From Octopus sinensis (Eukaryota): DNA of 27,345 nt. The position numbers and the translations under genes were made by a program. The notes beneath the pieces were generated by a model. It was not told the origin of the DNA, did not search any database, and saw nothing but the letters and a program-made list of their open reading frames with translations. Where the stretch lies: NCBI RefSeq assembly GCF_006345805.1, contig NW_021836362.1, forward strand, positions 1 through 27,345, given 5' to 3'. Positions 10,140 through 21,068 of this stretch are shown one piece after another. Position 1 is the first letter of the stretch. Each line of letters opens with the position of its first letter.

Positions 10140-10470
10140 AGCCGGGGCAGATTTGAATTCACAAGGTACAAAGTCGGAACAGACACCACAAGGTATTCCG
10201 TCCGACAATCCAACAATTCTGTCAATCTTCTGCCCTGACTACTGGCGCTTTTATCTATCGATTTTAAAAAATCGAAGAGCAAAGTTGACCTTGGTGATAT
10301 TTGATCTCAGAATGCACAGAGACGGAATAAATACAGATATAGAAACAGTGTTCTGTTCGACGCTTTAATAATTCTTCGAAACCACTGCTCTGGACTGGCA
10401 TATTTTAGGGACATCGAAAAGATGAAAGGTATAATTAATTTTAGTGAGATTTGAACCCAAAGTATCAGAA
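10140..10470 (-). mobile_element. Two or three highly decayed C/D-type SINE fragments
   Basis: Recurrent atttga(a/t)(c/t)tca motifs and aaagttgaccttgg / aaagatgaaagg remnants. Confidence 0.5.
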
Positions 10471-10535
10471 CACCAGATCACCAGAACGCCAGAGCGCCAG
10501 AGTACCAGAGCGTCAGAGTGCTGGAGCGGCAGAAC
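10464..10535 (+). repeat. Degenerate 8-bp minisatellite (consensus about RCCAGARY), nine units
   Basis: atcagaac accagatc accagaac gccagagc gccagagt accagagc gtcagagt gctggagc ggcagaac. Confidence 0.8.
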
Positions 10536-10930
10536 ACAGAAAATTAGTCCAACCTAGGGTTGTACATATCAACCCTAGGCTGGACCTTGCTGAAGAAAAT
10601 CAGACCTTGTGAGTTCTCCTTGACCAATTGGTCCAGGGACTAGATGGTAAATGTTTTTCATTTCCAAATTTATTCCTGTCGAATTTTATCCGTTATTTTT
10701 GTGGTTTACAGAACCTAGCTGTTCTTTCTAGCGTGTTGATTTCCCTATAAGTGAATTCCTTATGTGTTTAAATATACACTATAACGTATGACTAATATAT
10801 AGTCTTGACTATTTTTTTTATTTGCCCGTTAGACCACTGGAAATGTAAATTTTGATTGAATGTTTTAATTTTAATTAAATTCCATTTCCCTTTGACATGA
10901 TTAAATACTATATATATGTATATATATATA

Positions 10931-10968
<38 letters not shown>

Positions 10969-12123
10969 GTATATATATATCCCTCCTCCTACTTACACGT
11001 GACCTGTGGTCATCGTCTTATCTTCTTCCTTTTCACGCTGACTGCCGGAGCAAGCGGTCATATTTTTCTCTCGTCTCCCATTCTATTCATCTTTTGTTAA
11101 TCCTTTCGGATATTTTTTCGACGTTAACCGTTTTTTGTCTCCTGTTTGGCCCTAAGGCCGCATTCTGTTTTTTTAAAATTTATTTATTTCAGTCCGTTCG
11201 TATGCCTACATCTCTTCCTTTGTTTTGTCTCGTCTTGAATTACATTTATTTCACATTTGCATGTTCACTTTCTGTATCGCACGGTTGTTTATTTGTTGTC
11301 TGTTCGTTCATTTTTTGTCATGTTTGGTCCCTTATTTTTATTGGCTCGCCATTTCCTGCGGCGGTTTACCGTCGGCGCCACCAGAAGGGCTTCAATAGCG
11401 TTAAGGCGCGAAATCGCTTTTGACCTATTGGCCGATAACTGATGAGGGTTTGGTGACCTTGTGCGTCTGTTTTCCGTTTGTTTGAGCATTTACTATATGT
11501 TTTTGATATATATATATATATATATATATATATCTATATATATATATATGCTAGAAGGCGAGGTGCTGAATAGTTCTTGGCTTTAAGAGTATCGTGAAAG
11601 GCCTGATTAGAGGCCCAACTTCACGGTTTTCAGGTGTTAGCGAGAAAGAATGTCGGAGGTTGGTGAGAGAGGTTGTCGGAGGTTGGCGAGAGGCAAAGAC
11701 ATTATTCTGCTTATCAAAGTCATCTGGGAAATGTATAACAACTGTCATTCACAGAAAAAAAACTATTGTTTTACTGTGAGAAAAGCGCTGTTGAAGTGTT
11801 AAGTGAAATTTAGCAATCGAGGATTGAATCCAAGCTATGCCTGAATGAAGCCACTACAAATACGTTGTGGAAAAAAATAAATTATCTGCTGTCATGGAAA
11901 AAGTGTAACTGTAAAAATGCAGAATTATCGGAGTAATGGGCATTCAAAAACGGTATGTATGTATAGAAATATATGAATGAAGTCTTTAATGTTTAAGATT
12001 CAAATTAAGTAAGTGCAATAATAATGTTTGGCAGTTCAGAACTGTGAGTAGTGAAATGCAGAATTAGTTTGGCTGATCGTAAGAATCAAATATTGATTGC
12101 TTCGCTAAAATCTGCAGGTGGCT

Positions 12124-12638
12124 TGGGTTATTTCCTTTGGGTTGTTTAAATAAAATATTAGTAATGTGTAGTAGATTGAAGGATCCATTGGAGGAGACCC
12201 ATTATCGATTTTTTCAACAATCTAAGTATGTCACGAGGTTTCCAGACATGACTTCTACTCACTTGTCAAATAAATGTATAAAAGTGATGTTGTCTGCAAA
12301 AATTAGAAATAGGACACACAAAAAATCAATATTCAAAGTAATCGAAAATAAACAATGAAATGGGTTATTTCCCTTGGGTGTCTGAAAAAAATATTATACA
12401 GGTGCTATGGGTTATTTCCCATGGGTGTTTAAAAAAATTAGTTATATGAGGTAGATATAAAGGTCCCTTCCAGGGTCCGTATCATCGATTGTTTCAACAA
12501 TCTAAGTATGTTACGAGGTTTCCGGACATGAGTTCTACTCACATGTCAAGTTTCATCAAAATCAATAAAACGATGTCGGAGGAGTTAGCTAACAACGCCA
12601 CAAACAAACACGAACACACCGATTTTCCACGTATATAG

Positions 12639-12640
<2 letters not shown>
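12124..12640 (+). mobile_element. Possible non-autonomous Helitron/Helentron (DINE-1/Lep1-like) 3' part with internal duplication
   Basis: The end caagtttcatcaaaatc...ggaggagttag...acaaacaaacac...tatatag resembles such elements from memory. There is an internal direct duplication, 12124-12269 versus 12408-12549. Confidence 0.35.
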
Positions 12641-12670
<30 letters not shown>

Positions 12671-12692
12671 ATATATATAATATATATATATT

Positions 12693-13798
12693 ATTTATAT
12701 TATATTGAGGGTACTACTATTCGTAGATACCAACACGCTAAGAGGGACCAATGCGGTCAAAACTACTAAAAATAAACAAAATTTTACCGAATGCAAAACT
12801 TCAAAACACATCATTTTAAAAAAGAATTCAGTTACATATCACATGTGATTCGCATTTAATGCAGAATATGCATTTCTGTTCATCAGTGCAACAAACTCAA
12901 GAAATATAAGAGAAAAACATAACATTACAAGCTCGATAGCCAACCGTAGAATTCGTCGTAGCATGTACGAATGTTATCTTTACATATCTATGAAAATGGC
13001 GGGCTTTGCACTGATGAACATGAAATGCATATTCTGCATTAAATGCGATCCACATGTGATATGTTACTGAATCCTTTTTAAAATGATGTGTTTTGAAGTT
13101 TTGCATTCGGTAAAATTTGGTTTATTTTTTAGTCGTTTTGACCGCATTGGTCCCTCTTAAGCGTGTTGGTATCTACGAATAATAGTACCCTCAATATATT
13201 ATCTGAATATTTCAAAGAGGAAGAATTTACAGATTTTTTCTCTTACGAGGTGTTTTCACGCTGACTACTGATAATTTCTTTTAAAGATTTTATCCTCAAT
13301 GTTAATTTATATTTTTCACCGGAATAGTTCAATATGAATTTTTATTCCGACTAGACAATTGTTACCGAAATGCATTGCGAATAAACCCGCCATTTTCAAT
13401 AGATATGTAAAGATAAACATTCGGACATGCTACGACGAATTCGACGGTTGGCTATCGAGCTCGTGAATGTTATTTTTCTCTTATATTTCTGAGTTTGTTG
13501 CACTGATGAACATGAAATGCATATTCTGCATTAAATGCGAAATCACATGTGATATGTAACGAATTCTTTTTTAAAATGATGTGTTTTGAAGTTTTGCATT
13601 CGGTAAAATTTTGTTTATTTTTAGTAGTTTTGACCGCATTGGTCCCTCTGAGCGTGTTGGTATCTACGAATAGTAGTACCCTCAATAATATAAATGAATA
13701 TTTTCAAAGAGGAAGAATTTACGGATTTTTTCTCTTACGAGGTTTTTCACGCTGACTACTGATAATTTTTTTAAAGATTTTATCCTCAATTGTTAATT
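12693..13798. repeat. Inverted plus direct triplicated ~200-300-bp unit
   Basis: 12693-13006 is the reverse complement of ~13384-13694, and 13006-13307 is a direct repeat of 13498-13798 (offset ~492). Confidence 0.95.
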
Positions 13799-13799
13799 A

Positions 13800-13955
13800 A
13801 TATATATATATAATATATATATACATACACACGCGCATATACATACAAACATACATACATACATACATACATACATACATACATACATACATACATACAT
13901 ACATACATACATAAATACATACATACACCCCCCCATACATACATATATGTATACA
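13800..13955. repeat. (TA)n/(ATAC)n microsatellite
   Basis: Direct reading. Confidence 0.93.
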
Positions 13956-14235
13956 ACTGCTACTTAAACAATCAAAAACAAGAATTCATATCAAACTACT
14001 ACTACCACTACCTAGAACTCACAAGAGTAAAAAAGAGGGACAGAAACAGACAGAAAAAAAGAAAATGTCTCTTGCGTTTACAAATTATGGAAATACTTTT
14101 AAAAGACATTTCATTTAATTTTTTCACAATTCAATTGTTTTTCATGCTTTACTGTAAGTTGAAAAAGTCGCAAAGACTGAAACCGGTACTAAAATGTTCT
14201 TCATGATAAAATTATTTTAGAATTTTCTACCTTGT

Positions 14236-14275
<40 letters not shown>

Positions 14276-14521
14276 GTGTGTGTATATATATATAAACATA
14301 TATTAAGATATGTACATATACATCTATCTATGTGTATGTATACATCTGCCTGAAGATTGCTTTAGCGTGAACCTCGAGCATACATGTGTGTGTGTGTGCG
14401 TGCGTGTGTGTGTGTAAAAGTGTGTGTTTTTGTATGTGCGTGCGCACGCAAAACTATGTAAAGTATGTAGAAAATTAACTTCCGTATCTCATAATCATCA
14501 TACCGCCAAAAAACAGCAACA

Positions 14522-14661
14522 GAACTACTACTACTGCTACTGCTACTACTACTACTACAACTACTACTACAACTACCACCACCACCACCACCACCACCAC
14601 CACCACCACCACCACCACCACCACCACCACCACCACCACTACTACTACTACTACTACCACC

Positions 14662-14719
<58 letters not shown>

Positions 14720-15085
14720 ACAACAACAACAAAAGCGCGCATCGTTAATTATTCATGCCTTAGTTTATCCCTTTTTATGCAATACCCATGATATTCTCTG
14801 TAAACTCTGTCGTCTCCCTGTTGACTGTAACTGGAAGGAAAATATAACATCATCATCATCATCATCATCACCATCATCATCATCATTATCATCATCATCA
14901 TCATCATCATCATCCTCATCATCATCATCGCCATCATCATCCTCATCATCATCATCCTCATCATCATCGTCATCATCATCATCCTCATCATCATCGTCAC
15001 CATCATCATCATCATCATCATCACCATCGTCATCGCAATCATCATCATCATCATCATCATCATCAACAACAACAACAACAACACA
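14522..15085. repeat. (CTA)n/(CCA)n block (14522-14732) and (CAT)n/(CAA)n block (14848-15085)
   Basis: Direct reading; source of the poly-H/Y/S/D/M ORFs. Confidence 0.95.
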
Positions 15086-15167
15086 GCAACAATAAGAACA
15101 GCATGAACAACGACACAACAACCGCGACATCAACTTACGCCACCAACCGTAGCAGCAGAAATAGCAA

Positions 15168-15200
<33 letters not shown>

Positions 15201-15406
15201 CTGAAACAGTAATATCAACAAGTGCAACACCAATGTCTGCAGTAGCCACAGCTGTAGCAACAACATTCACAGCAACAACTGCAGCACTAACAGCTGCAAC
15301 CGCAACGATTTTAGCAAGAACATCTGTGGCTACAACAGCAGCAATAGTGGCAACAGTAGCCGCATCAGTAACTGCAACAACACCAAATATGGGAGTAACA
15401 ACAGCA

Positions 15407-15443
<37 letters not shown>

Positions 15444-15500
15444 CAGATTCAAATAGGACAGCGACAACTATTGCTGATACATCTACTGTAGCAACCACTT
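15086..15500 (+). repeat. Degenerate (ACA/GCA)n trinucleotide region
   Basis: A frame-preserving RCA-rich repeat that translates as Thr/Ala-rich sequence. Confidence 0.8.
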
Positions 15501-15502
15501 TC

Positions 15503-15917
15503 AAACTTGAAATCTTCAAAGCCACAGTCGAACCAATTCTACTATATGGCTCAGAAACCTGGACGTTATCAAAGAAGCTTGAGAGGCGGTTGGATGGAAC
15601 CTACACCCGCCTCCTTACGAGAGCTCAAAATCTCTCGTGGAAGTGTCATCCAACCAAAGTACAAAAATATGGGAAACTACCACCTGTATCATCTCTTGTG
15701 AAAGGTAGGATAGTCCAGTTTGTTGGACATTGTTGTAGAGCTGAAAAAGAGGTAATTTCTACTCTTCTCCTCTGGAAGCCATCTACTCCCAATACCAGAG
15801 GGTGCACACTTTCCTACCCTGATGTAATCTCCAGGGATACAGGCATCCAGCAACAGGACCTCCATAATGCCATGATGGACCGTGAAGTCTGGCGTCGAAC
15901 AATGATGATGATGATGC
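15503..15917 (+). mobile_element. RTE-clade LINE 3' fragment (post-RT C-terminal region and (ATG)n tail)
   Basis: KLEIFKATVEPILLYGSETWTLSKKLERRLDGTYTRLL...FVGHCCRA...LLLWKP...DREVWRR contains the RTE-type LLYGSETW, GH..R and W.P motifs, followed by acaatgatgatgatgatg. Confidence 0.9.
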
Positions 15918-16268
15918 AGCAACCATAACAGCAACAACTGTAATGACAAAGTGATGTCAGGCTTCTTAACCCTAACCCATAGTTCTCAATTAGTCGGAAA
16001 ATATGACCAATGGTTCGTCCCGCTTGCATTCTGATGACGATTAGTGATGGGGAACAGAGACTCTGAGTATTGAAGAAGATTAATTGAACTGTGTATCTCA
16101 GAGAACTTTCAGCCTGTCGACTATGATCTACTTCTAGAAACCTCTGATCTGACAGTGCTTGGAGAGATATTACTGATTTGCGATAAATTCGTAGCACCGT
16201 CAGCCGAGGTTGTCTGAGAAGTATGCAGGGCGACGAAACGTTGTGCGCGTATTGATTCAGTATCAAAG

Positions 16269-16620
16269 TATTGGGTTGGCAACTAAGTTCCCGCCGTTTT
16301 TTTAAAATTTTGGAATTTATTGCGTTGTAAAATTTTGGAATCTATTTTTTTCGAGAATTTTATTTTTGAATTATTTTGGAATCTATTTTTTTTTTTAGTT
16401 AATTTTAGTTAATTTTTGTTTATTTTCGGATCATTAAAATGGAATATCAAGTTAAGAAAAACTAGCATTTTCGACACCTCCTTTTTGCATTTAATCAAGG
16501 TTCCAAGGCCGCAAAAGCTGCTCACGACATTTGTGCTGTGTATGGTGAGGGTGCTATAGCTGAAAGAACCGCCTGTGACTTGTATGCCAAGTTCAAAAAT
16601 GGAAATTTTGACTCAAAGAC
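16269..16620 (+). mobile_element. Mariner 5' fragment: TA, left TIR, 5' UTR and disrupted N-terminal HTH
   Basis: TA followed by ttgggttggcaactaagttcccgccgttttt is a mariner-type TIR. ATG 16439 gives MEYQVKKN*HFRHLLFAFNQGSKAAKAAHDICAVYGEGAIAERTACDLYAKFKNGNFD, with an in-frame TAG at 16463-16465; the element is truncated at ~16620. Confidence 0.88.
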
Positions 16621-17769
16621 ATGTCATTTCATTCCTTTTGTTGTTTTTGATGACTGTTTTTTCTCCTTAGTTGATTCTTTGTTGTCTCCCTCTCGTCCTT
16701 TTTTTCTGTAATTTGTCTCCTATTAAAGAACTTTCCTTAAGCAATTTTATTGCTGTATCTTTTATTTCTTTTATTTGGCTTCTGTTCCCTTGATGTAAAC
16801 CCCCACTCTGTGTGTCTGTATTTCGTCCTTGTTTTGTCCTAAGTATTTTGGACTCTTCTGGCTCATAAACGAAATCAATATTATAGTTATTTCTGCAACT
16901 GTGATGCTATAAATAATAATAATAATAATGGTGGTGGTAATTATATAAATAATAGAAAAGAAGTTAGAGTGGGTGGAGTTATTGCTTCTTCAATAAAGTG
17001 CGCTGTTTTGCAGTTTATCGTAGAGATCTTGTTAACTCAGGACAGATTGGCATAATCCGTGTTATATCTAATCAGTACAATAGATCTTTCTATGCGTTGG
17101 TCAAACGTGGTGTATATTAAAGAACCAAGTGTGTACATATGATGCTTTATTTTCTTGATAATGCCTTCCACAAGTGGTGTTGATATAGTGTGAATAACAT
17201 CTACATAATTACAAATATTTTTGTATAATGTATGTTATTTGTAAGTTATTGAGTATCATTATTCGTTATAATTGTCAAGTTTCATTGGTGCTGCTAAGAA
17301 AAGAGATAGTGGATTTGGTAGCTGCTTAGAGCCTGTATCGCAAGCAAGCCGTTATTTTAATGGGCCGCATAACCAGAGCCCATTCTCTAGCAAGTCTTTG
17401 CTTTATTATTTTTTTCTCAAATTATGTTGCGGTTTGTTCAAACTGTCTATTAGTAGTTTGTTGGATATTTGAAGCTGTAACCGTTATACATTCTCTGCAA
17501 TCTTTAAACATTCTCAAGAGAACATAGGCTTTTCTTCATAGATTCTGCTCATTTTTCTTATGAGTCCCAAGGTCAGAAATTTTGTGTAGCTGTTTGTGAG
17601 GAATGGGATGACATTATTACTGCGATATAATCTGTAATGTTGTATGAGCGCAAACTCATACAGCCTGCTAAAATTAACAGCTACATCTCCCCCGAACACT
17701 ATACAACGAAAGGAAATATTTGAAACGAAAGGTGTTCGGTTAGAACACCGGTAGAACGATAAAATGTCA

Positions 17770-17815
<46 letters not shown>

Positions 17816-18080
17816 CCTCGTAAAAAGCTAACAAATCGTTATGTAGATAAATATCACGAAATATGGATTCAATTAGTCAGAAAAATTAAAATAATTATTA
17901 TAATGACTCATTTCAAAAAGTTTGACCCATTACTGCTTGCTGTCAGCGGAGAAGAAAAATGCTTAAGGCAACAACTACATCGATAACATCAGCAGATGCC
18001 ACTGCAAGGACAGATAAGAGTAGTGGTTCTCAGACTTTTGTAACTGAGCCTACCTTTTTTCAGAATGGTATTTTATAAAG

Positions 18081-18316
18081 GCGGCGAGCTGGCAGAAACG
18101 TTAGCACGCCGGGCGAAATGCGTAGCCGTATTTCGTCTGCTGTTACGTTCTGAGTTCAAATTCCGCCGAGTTTGCCTTTGCCTTTGCCTTTGATCCTTTC
18201 GGGGTCGATTAAATAAGTACCAGTTACGCACTGGGGTCGATATAATCGACTTAATCCGTTTGCCTGTCCTTGTTTGTCCTCTCTGTGTTTAGCTCCTTGT
18301 GGGTAGTAAAGAAATA
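18081..18316 (+). mobile_element. SINE family C, full length, with perfect 14-bp TSD
   Basis: gcggcgagctggcagaaacgttagc...gagttcaaattcc (B box)...gtcgat...gtgggtagtaaagaaata, flanked by ggtattttataaag at 18067-18080 and 18317-18330. Confidence 0.95.
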
Positions 18317-18976
18317 GGTATTTTATAAAGATACTTTTCTATGTTTAAAAAACAGAAAGAGATAAAAGCACCAAATCATTTTAATCCAAGAGAAGCGAAA
18401 TTTTGTGCAGTGATACATTATCCATACTTTCTTACACTGTCCCACCCAGCATGTTGCGTGGACTACTGCTGCCGTAGATTCGTCTGTTCTTTTCCTCCTC
18501 TGTCTGTCGAACTTTTTTCCGGACAGGAAGCATTTGAATTACCCTTACTTCCATATGTGTAGCAGCTCATCTTTCTGTTCTACACAGCGAGTTTTTAAAG
18601 CTTCCTGCATCCATTCCAAGATACGACTCCAGATTTGCTTTATGATGTTTTTGTTTTGGTTTTGAGTGAGTTGAAGCAGTTGAAATTATCAGGACTTGTA
18701 CATCTTGAGAGCCCTTACTTAATCATATCTCGTTAAAGGTCCCATCAAAGTTCACTACATTCTCATATTGTTCCACAAAAGTGACAAAACCATATGCCAA
18801 TGTTATTTCTGTTGTCTTTCATGGGGTCACAGACAGAATAATCTTCGTCCCATATACTGGGGGGGAGGGGCTAGTCTATGCGTAGGTATGTGACTTACAA
18901 ACTCAGGTTTCCTCCTTGCTTTGTACTCACTTTTAAATATAAGATAGATAGTTCCATATTACCTGCCCGTTGAGAA

Positions 18977-19237
18977 GGTGTATGGCTCAGTGGTTAGAGC
19001 GTCGGGTCCACAATCACGAGGTAGTGAGTTCGATTCCCGGAGTGTGTTGTGTTTATTTCATGTTACTCCAGTTCACTCAGCTGTGGAAATGAGTTGCGAC
19101 TTCACTGGTGCCAAGTTGTATTGGCCTTCGCCTTTCCCTTGGATAACATCGATGGCTTGGAGAGGACTTGTTCCTCGGAGGGGAATTTTCTAGGTGCAAT
19201 CCAATGGTCATTCATGTCTGAATGGGTTCTTTACCCT
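18977..19237 (+). mobile_element. SINE family E, tRNA-derived
   Basis: A box TGGCTCAGTGG (18983-18993) and B box GAGTTCGATTCC (19026-19037), followed by a non-tRNA body containing ccagttcactcagctgtggaaatgagt. Confidence 0.8.
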
Positions 19238-19674
19238 GTTACCTGTCCGCTTATTAGGAGTTTTGCTCCACGTATCGGCCAAGGCAATTTTAATCCCTTC
19301 TTTTGAAAGCCCAAGCAAATCTATAATTTTGGAAATGTATCAGCAAATACTTTTCATTTTTCTCGAGCTAGTTGATGGTTCCAGGTAAGAATATGCTTGT
19401 TCCGATTATTATATTGCTGTCAAATAATTGTTCTATCTGCTGTTTGGTTAGCAGCATCTGGTCTTAGTAACGTTAGCAAAGAACGAAGCATAATGTGTGT
19501 GTGTGTGTGTGTGTGTGTGTGAGTGTTAAATGTATTTCATACTGGCAATTTTTGGACAATCTGGATATTTATACAAAGAGAAGTCAGACAAAAAAAAAAT
19601 TCTGTTTTTAATTTTTTATTATTTGTTTCTGTTGTTTACAGTTGGTGACATCATGTACATATATATGCAATTAA

Positions 19675-19706
<32 letters not shown>

Positions 19707-19735
19707 ATCTATATATATATATATGTATATATATA

Positions 19736-20160
19736 AATTTATAATTATGAGTATAATTATAATTAGGGTCAGCAAAAATTTGCTTCACCACATACCGAAA
19801 TTTAGAAATAGCACTTAAAAACTACTATTTCACTACCTAGGTCAGATAAGTATTTTAATTTTTTCAGTGGTTCTCAAATTTAAAATCTTGGAATTCTGTA
19901 CTGAAGAGGAAGAATGGGAGAGTAAAAATGTGATTTTACATTTTTTCACATCTCTCTACTCCGAAAAGCGGTATACAGTTAATCAAAGCCGGGTGGATTC
20001 GTTATTTTTTTCTCTTTTCTGCGTGAGTTGTTGAGTATTGCTATCTGGGAGATTTTTTATGGTAATGAAATAGAAGTTTTAACTGCTGTTCTAAATTTCG
20101 GATGTGGTGAAGCAAATTTGCTGAAATCTAATTATAATTATACTCATAATTATAGAAATT
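19736..20160. mobile_element. MITE-like non-autonomous DNA transposon with ~100-bp imperfect TIRs
   Basis: 19736-19837 aligns to the reverse complement of 20061-20160, including an exact ataattatgagtataattataattag and near-exact aatttgcttcaccacat(a)ccgaaatttagaa. There is no internal ORF. Confidence 0.8.
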
Positions 20161-20460
20161 TTTTTTTTAAGTTTACCGATATGGTTCTTTTAACATACCG
20201 AACTTACTTGGTAAAATTATTAATTATTAATTAATTAATTTACCCTTTATTATATACATATAGTTATTATTATCATCATCATCCTCTTCATCATCATCAT
20301 CATCATTATATTATTATTATTATTAATATTATATATAAATATATCAGAAACGCCGTAAAACTAAGCTATTTGTGAACATGAAACCCAGGGTAAACCCAGA
20401 GACCGGCTATAGCTGTCTTTATCTAATTATATATATATATATATAATATATATATATATA

Positions 20461-20506
<46 letters not shown>

Positions 20507-20835
20507 GTTGTGATGTGTGTGTGTGTTTGTAAGGGGTCTACTTTGGGGAAGTGGTTTGGCACGATCATACGGTTTACCCGCAGACAAGAGGTTCAATTCC
20601 TGTTGGCGATTTTACAACTATTATATTAATGTGATACAATCAAGCCTGTTATACTCGCCAGCGAGTATGACGTGCTAGACTGTACCATGCTTTCACTTGT
20701 TGTTTTAGGTGCCTATGTAGTCAGAAGCAGATACGGACATCCTCTCAACCCTCTCATCATTGACCCTGTGTGGAACACCGAGGAAGTGACAGTTGGGGTG
20801 GGGGGAAAGAAAACTGCAAAAGCAATCGGTTAGAA

Positions 20836-20971
20836 CACATTTGCGACTGAATAAAGTGGAGCAACTTGAGCTGAAGTGCCTGGATCAAGGACAAAACGCG
20901 CTACCCGGTCAAGGAATCGAACCGGTACCGCTTACGATCATGAACCCAACACCCTAACGACTACGCCATGC
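20836..20971 (-). mobile_element. SINE family E-like, decayed
   Basis: The minus strand reads tggcgtagtcgttagggtg (A box-like), ggttcgattcc (B box), then gttgctccactttattcagtcgcaaatg, similar to the body at 19065-19095. Confidence 0.65.
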
Positions 20972-21008
20972 ATTTTCACATTTTCAAATTTTCATACACA
21001 CGCACGCA

Positions 21009-21068
<60 letters not shown>

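Noticed and set aside
12693-13798. Repeat-spacer-repeat layout considered as CRISPR-like or an LTR pair
   Set aside because: The units are hundreds of bp and include an inverted copy. There are no short regular repeats, no TG...CA ends, PBS, PPT or TSD, and the DNA is eukaryotic.
14362-15133. 223-aa His/Tyr/Ser-rich ORF and overlapping Asp- or Met-rich ORFs
   Set aside because: Stop-free only because of (CTA)n, (CCA)n and (CAT)n repeats; all frames look alike.
15940-16266. 150-aa minus-strand ORF and a 50-codon plus-strand stretch
   Set aside because: No recognisable motif or convincing splice sites; part is antisense to the RTE fragment.
17000-17770. Unique sequence with 30-80-codon open stretches on both strands
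   Set aside because: No family recognised, frequent stops, and no credible exon boundaries. A blastx search would be needed.
18520-18860. Minus-strand peptides WFCHFCGT and QIWSRILEWMQEALK followed by a GTAAGG donor-like site
   Set aside because: Vaguely like an L1/Tx1 zinc-knuckle region or an exon, but the frames are broken, the spacing is wrong and there is no good acceptor.
20545-20610. Possible tRNA pseudogene (B box-like aggttcaattcct)
   Set aside because: The A box and stems cannot be built convincingly; at best a very old SINE head.
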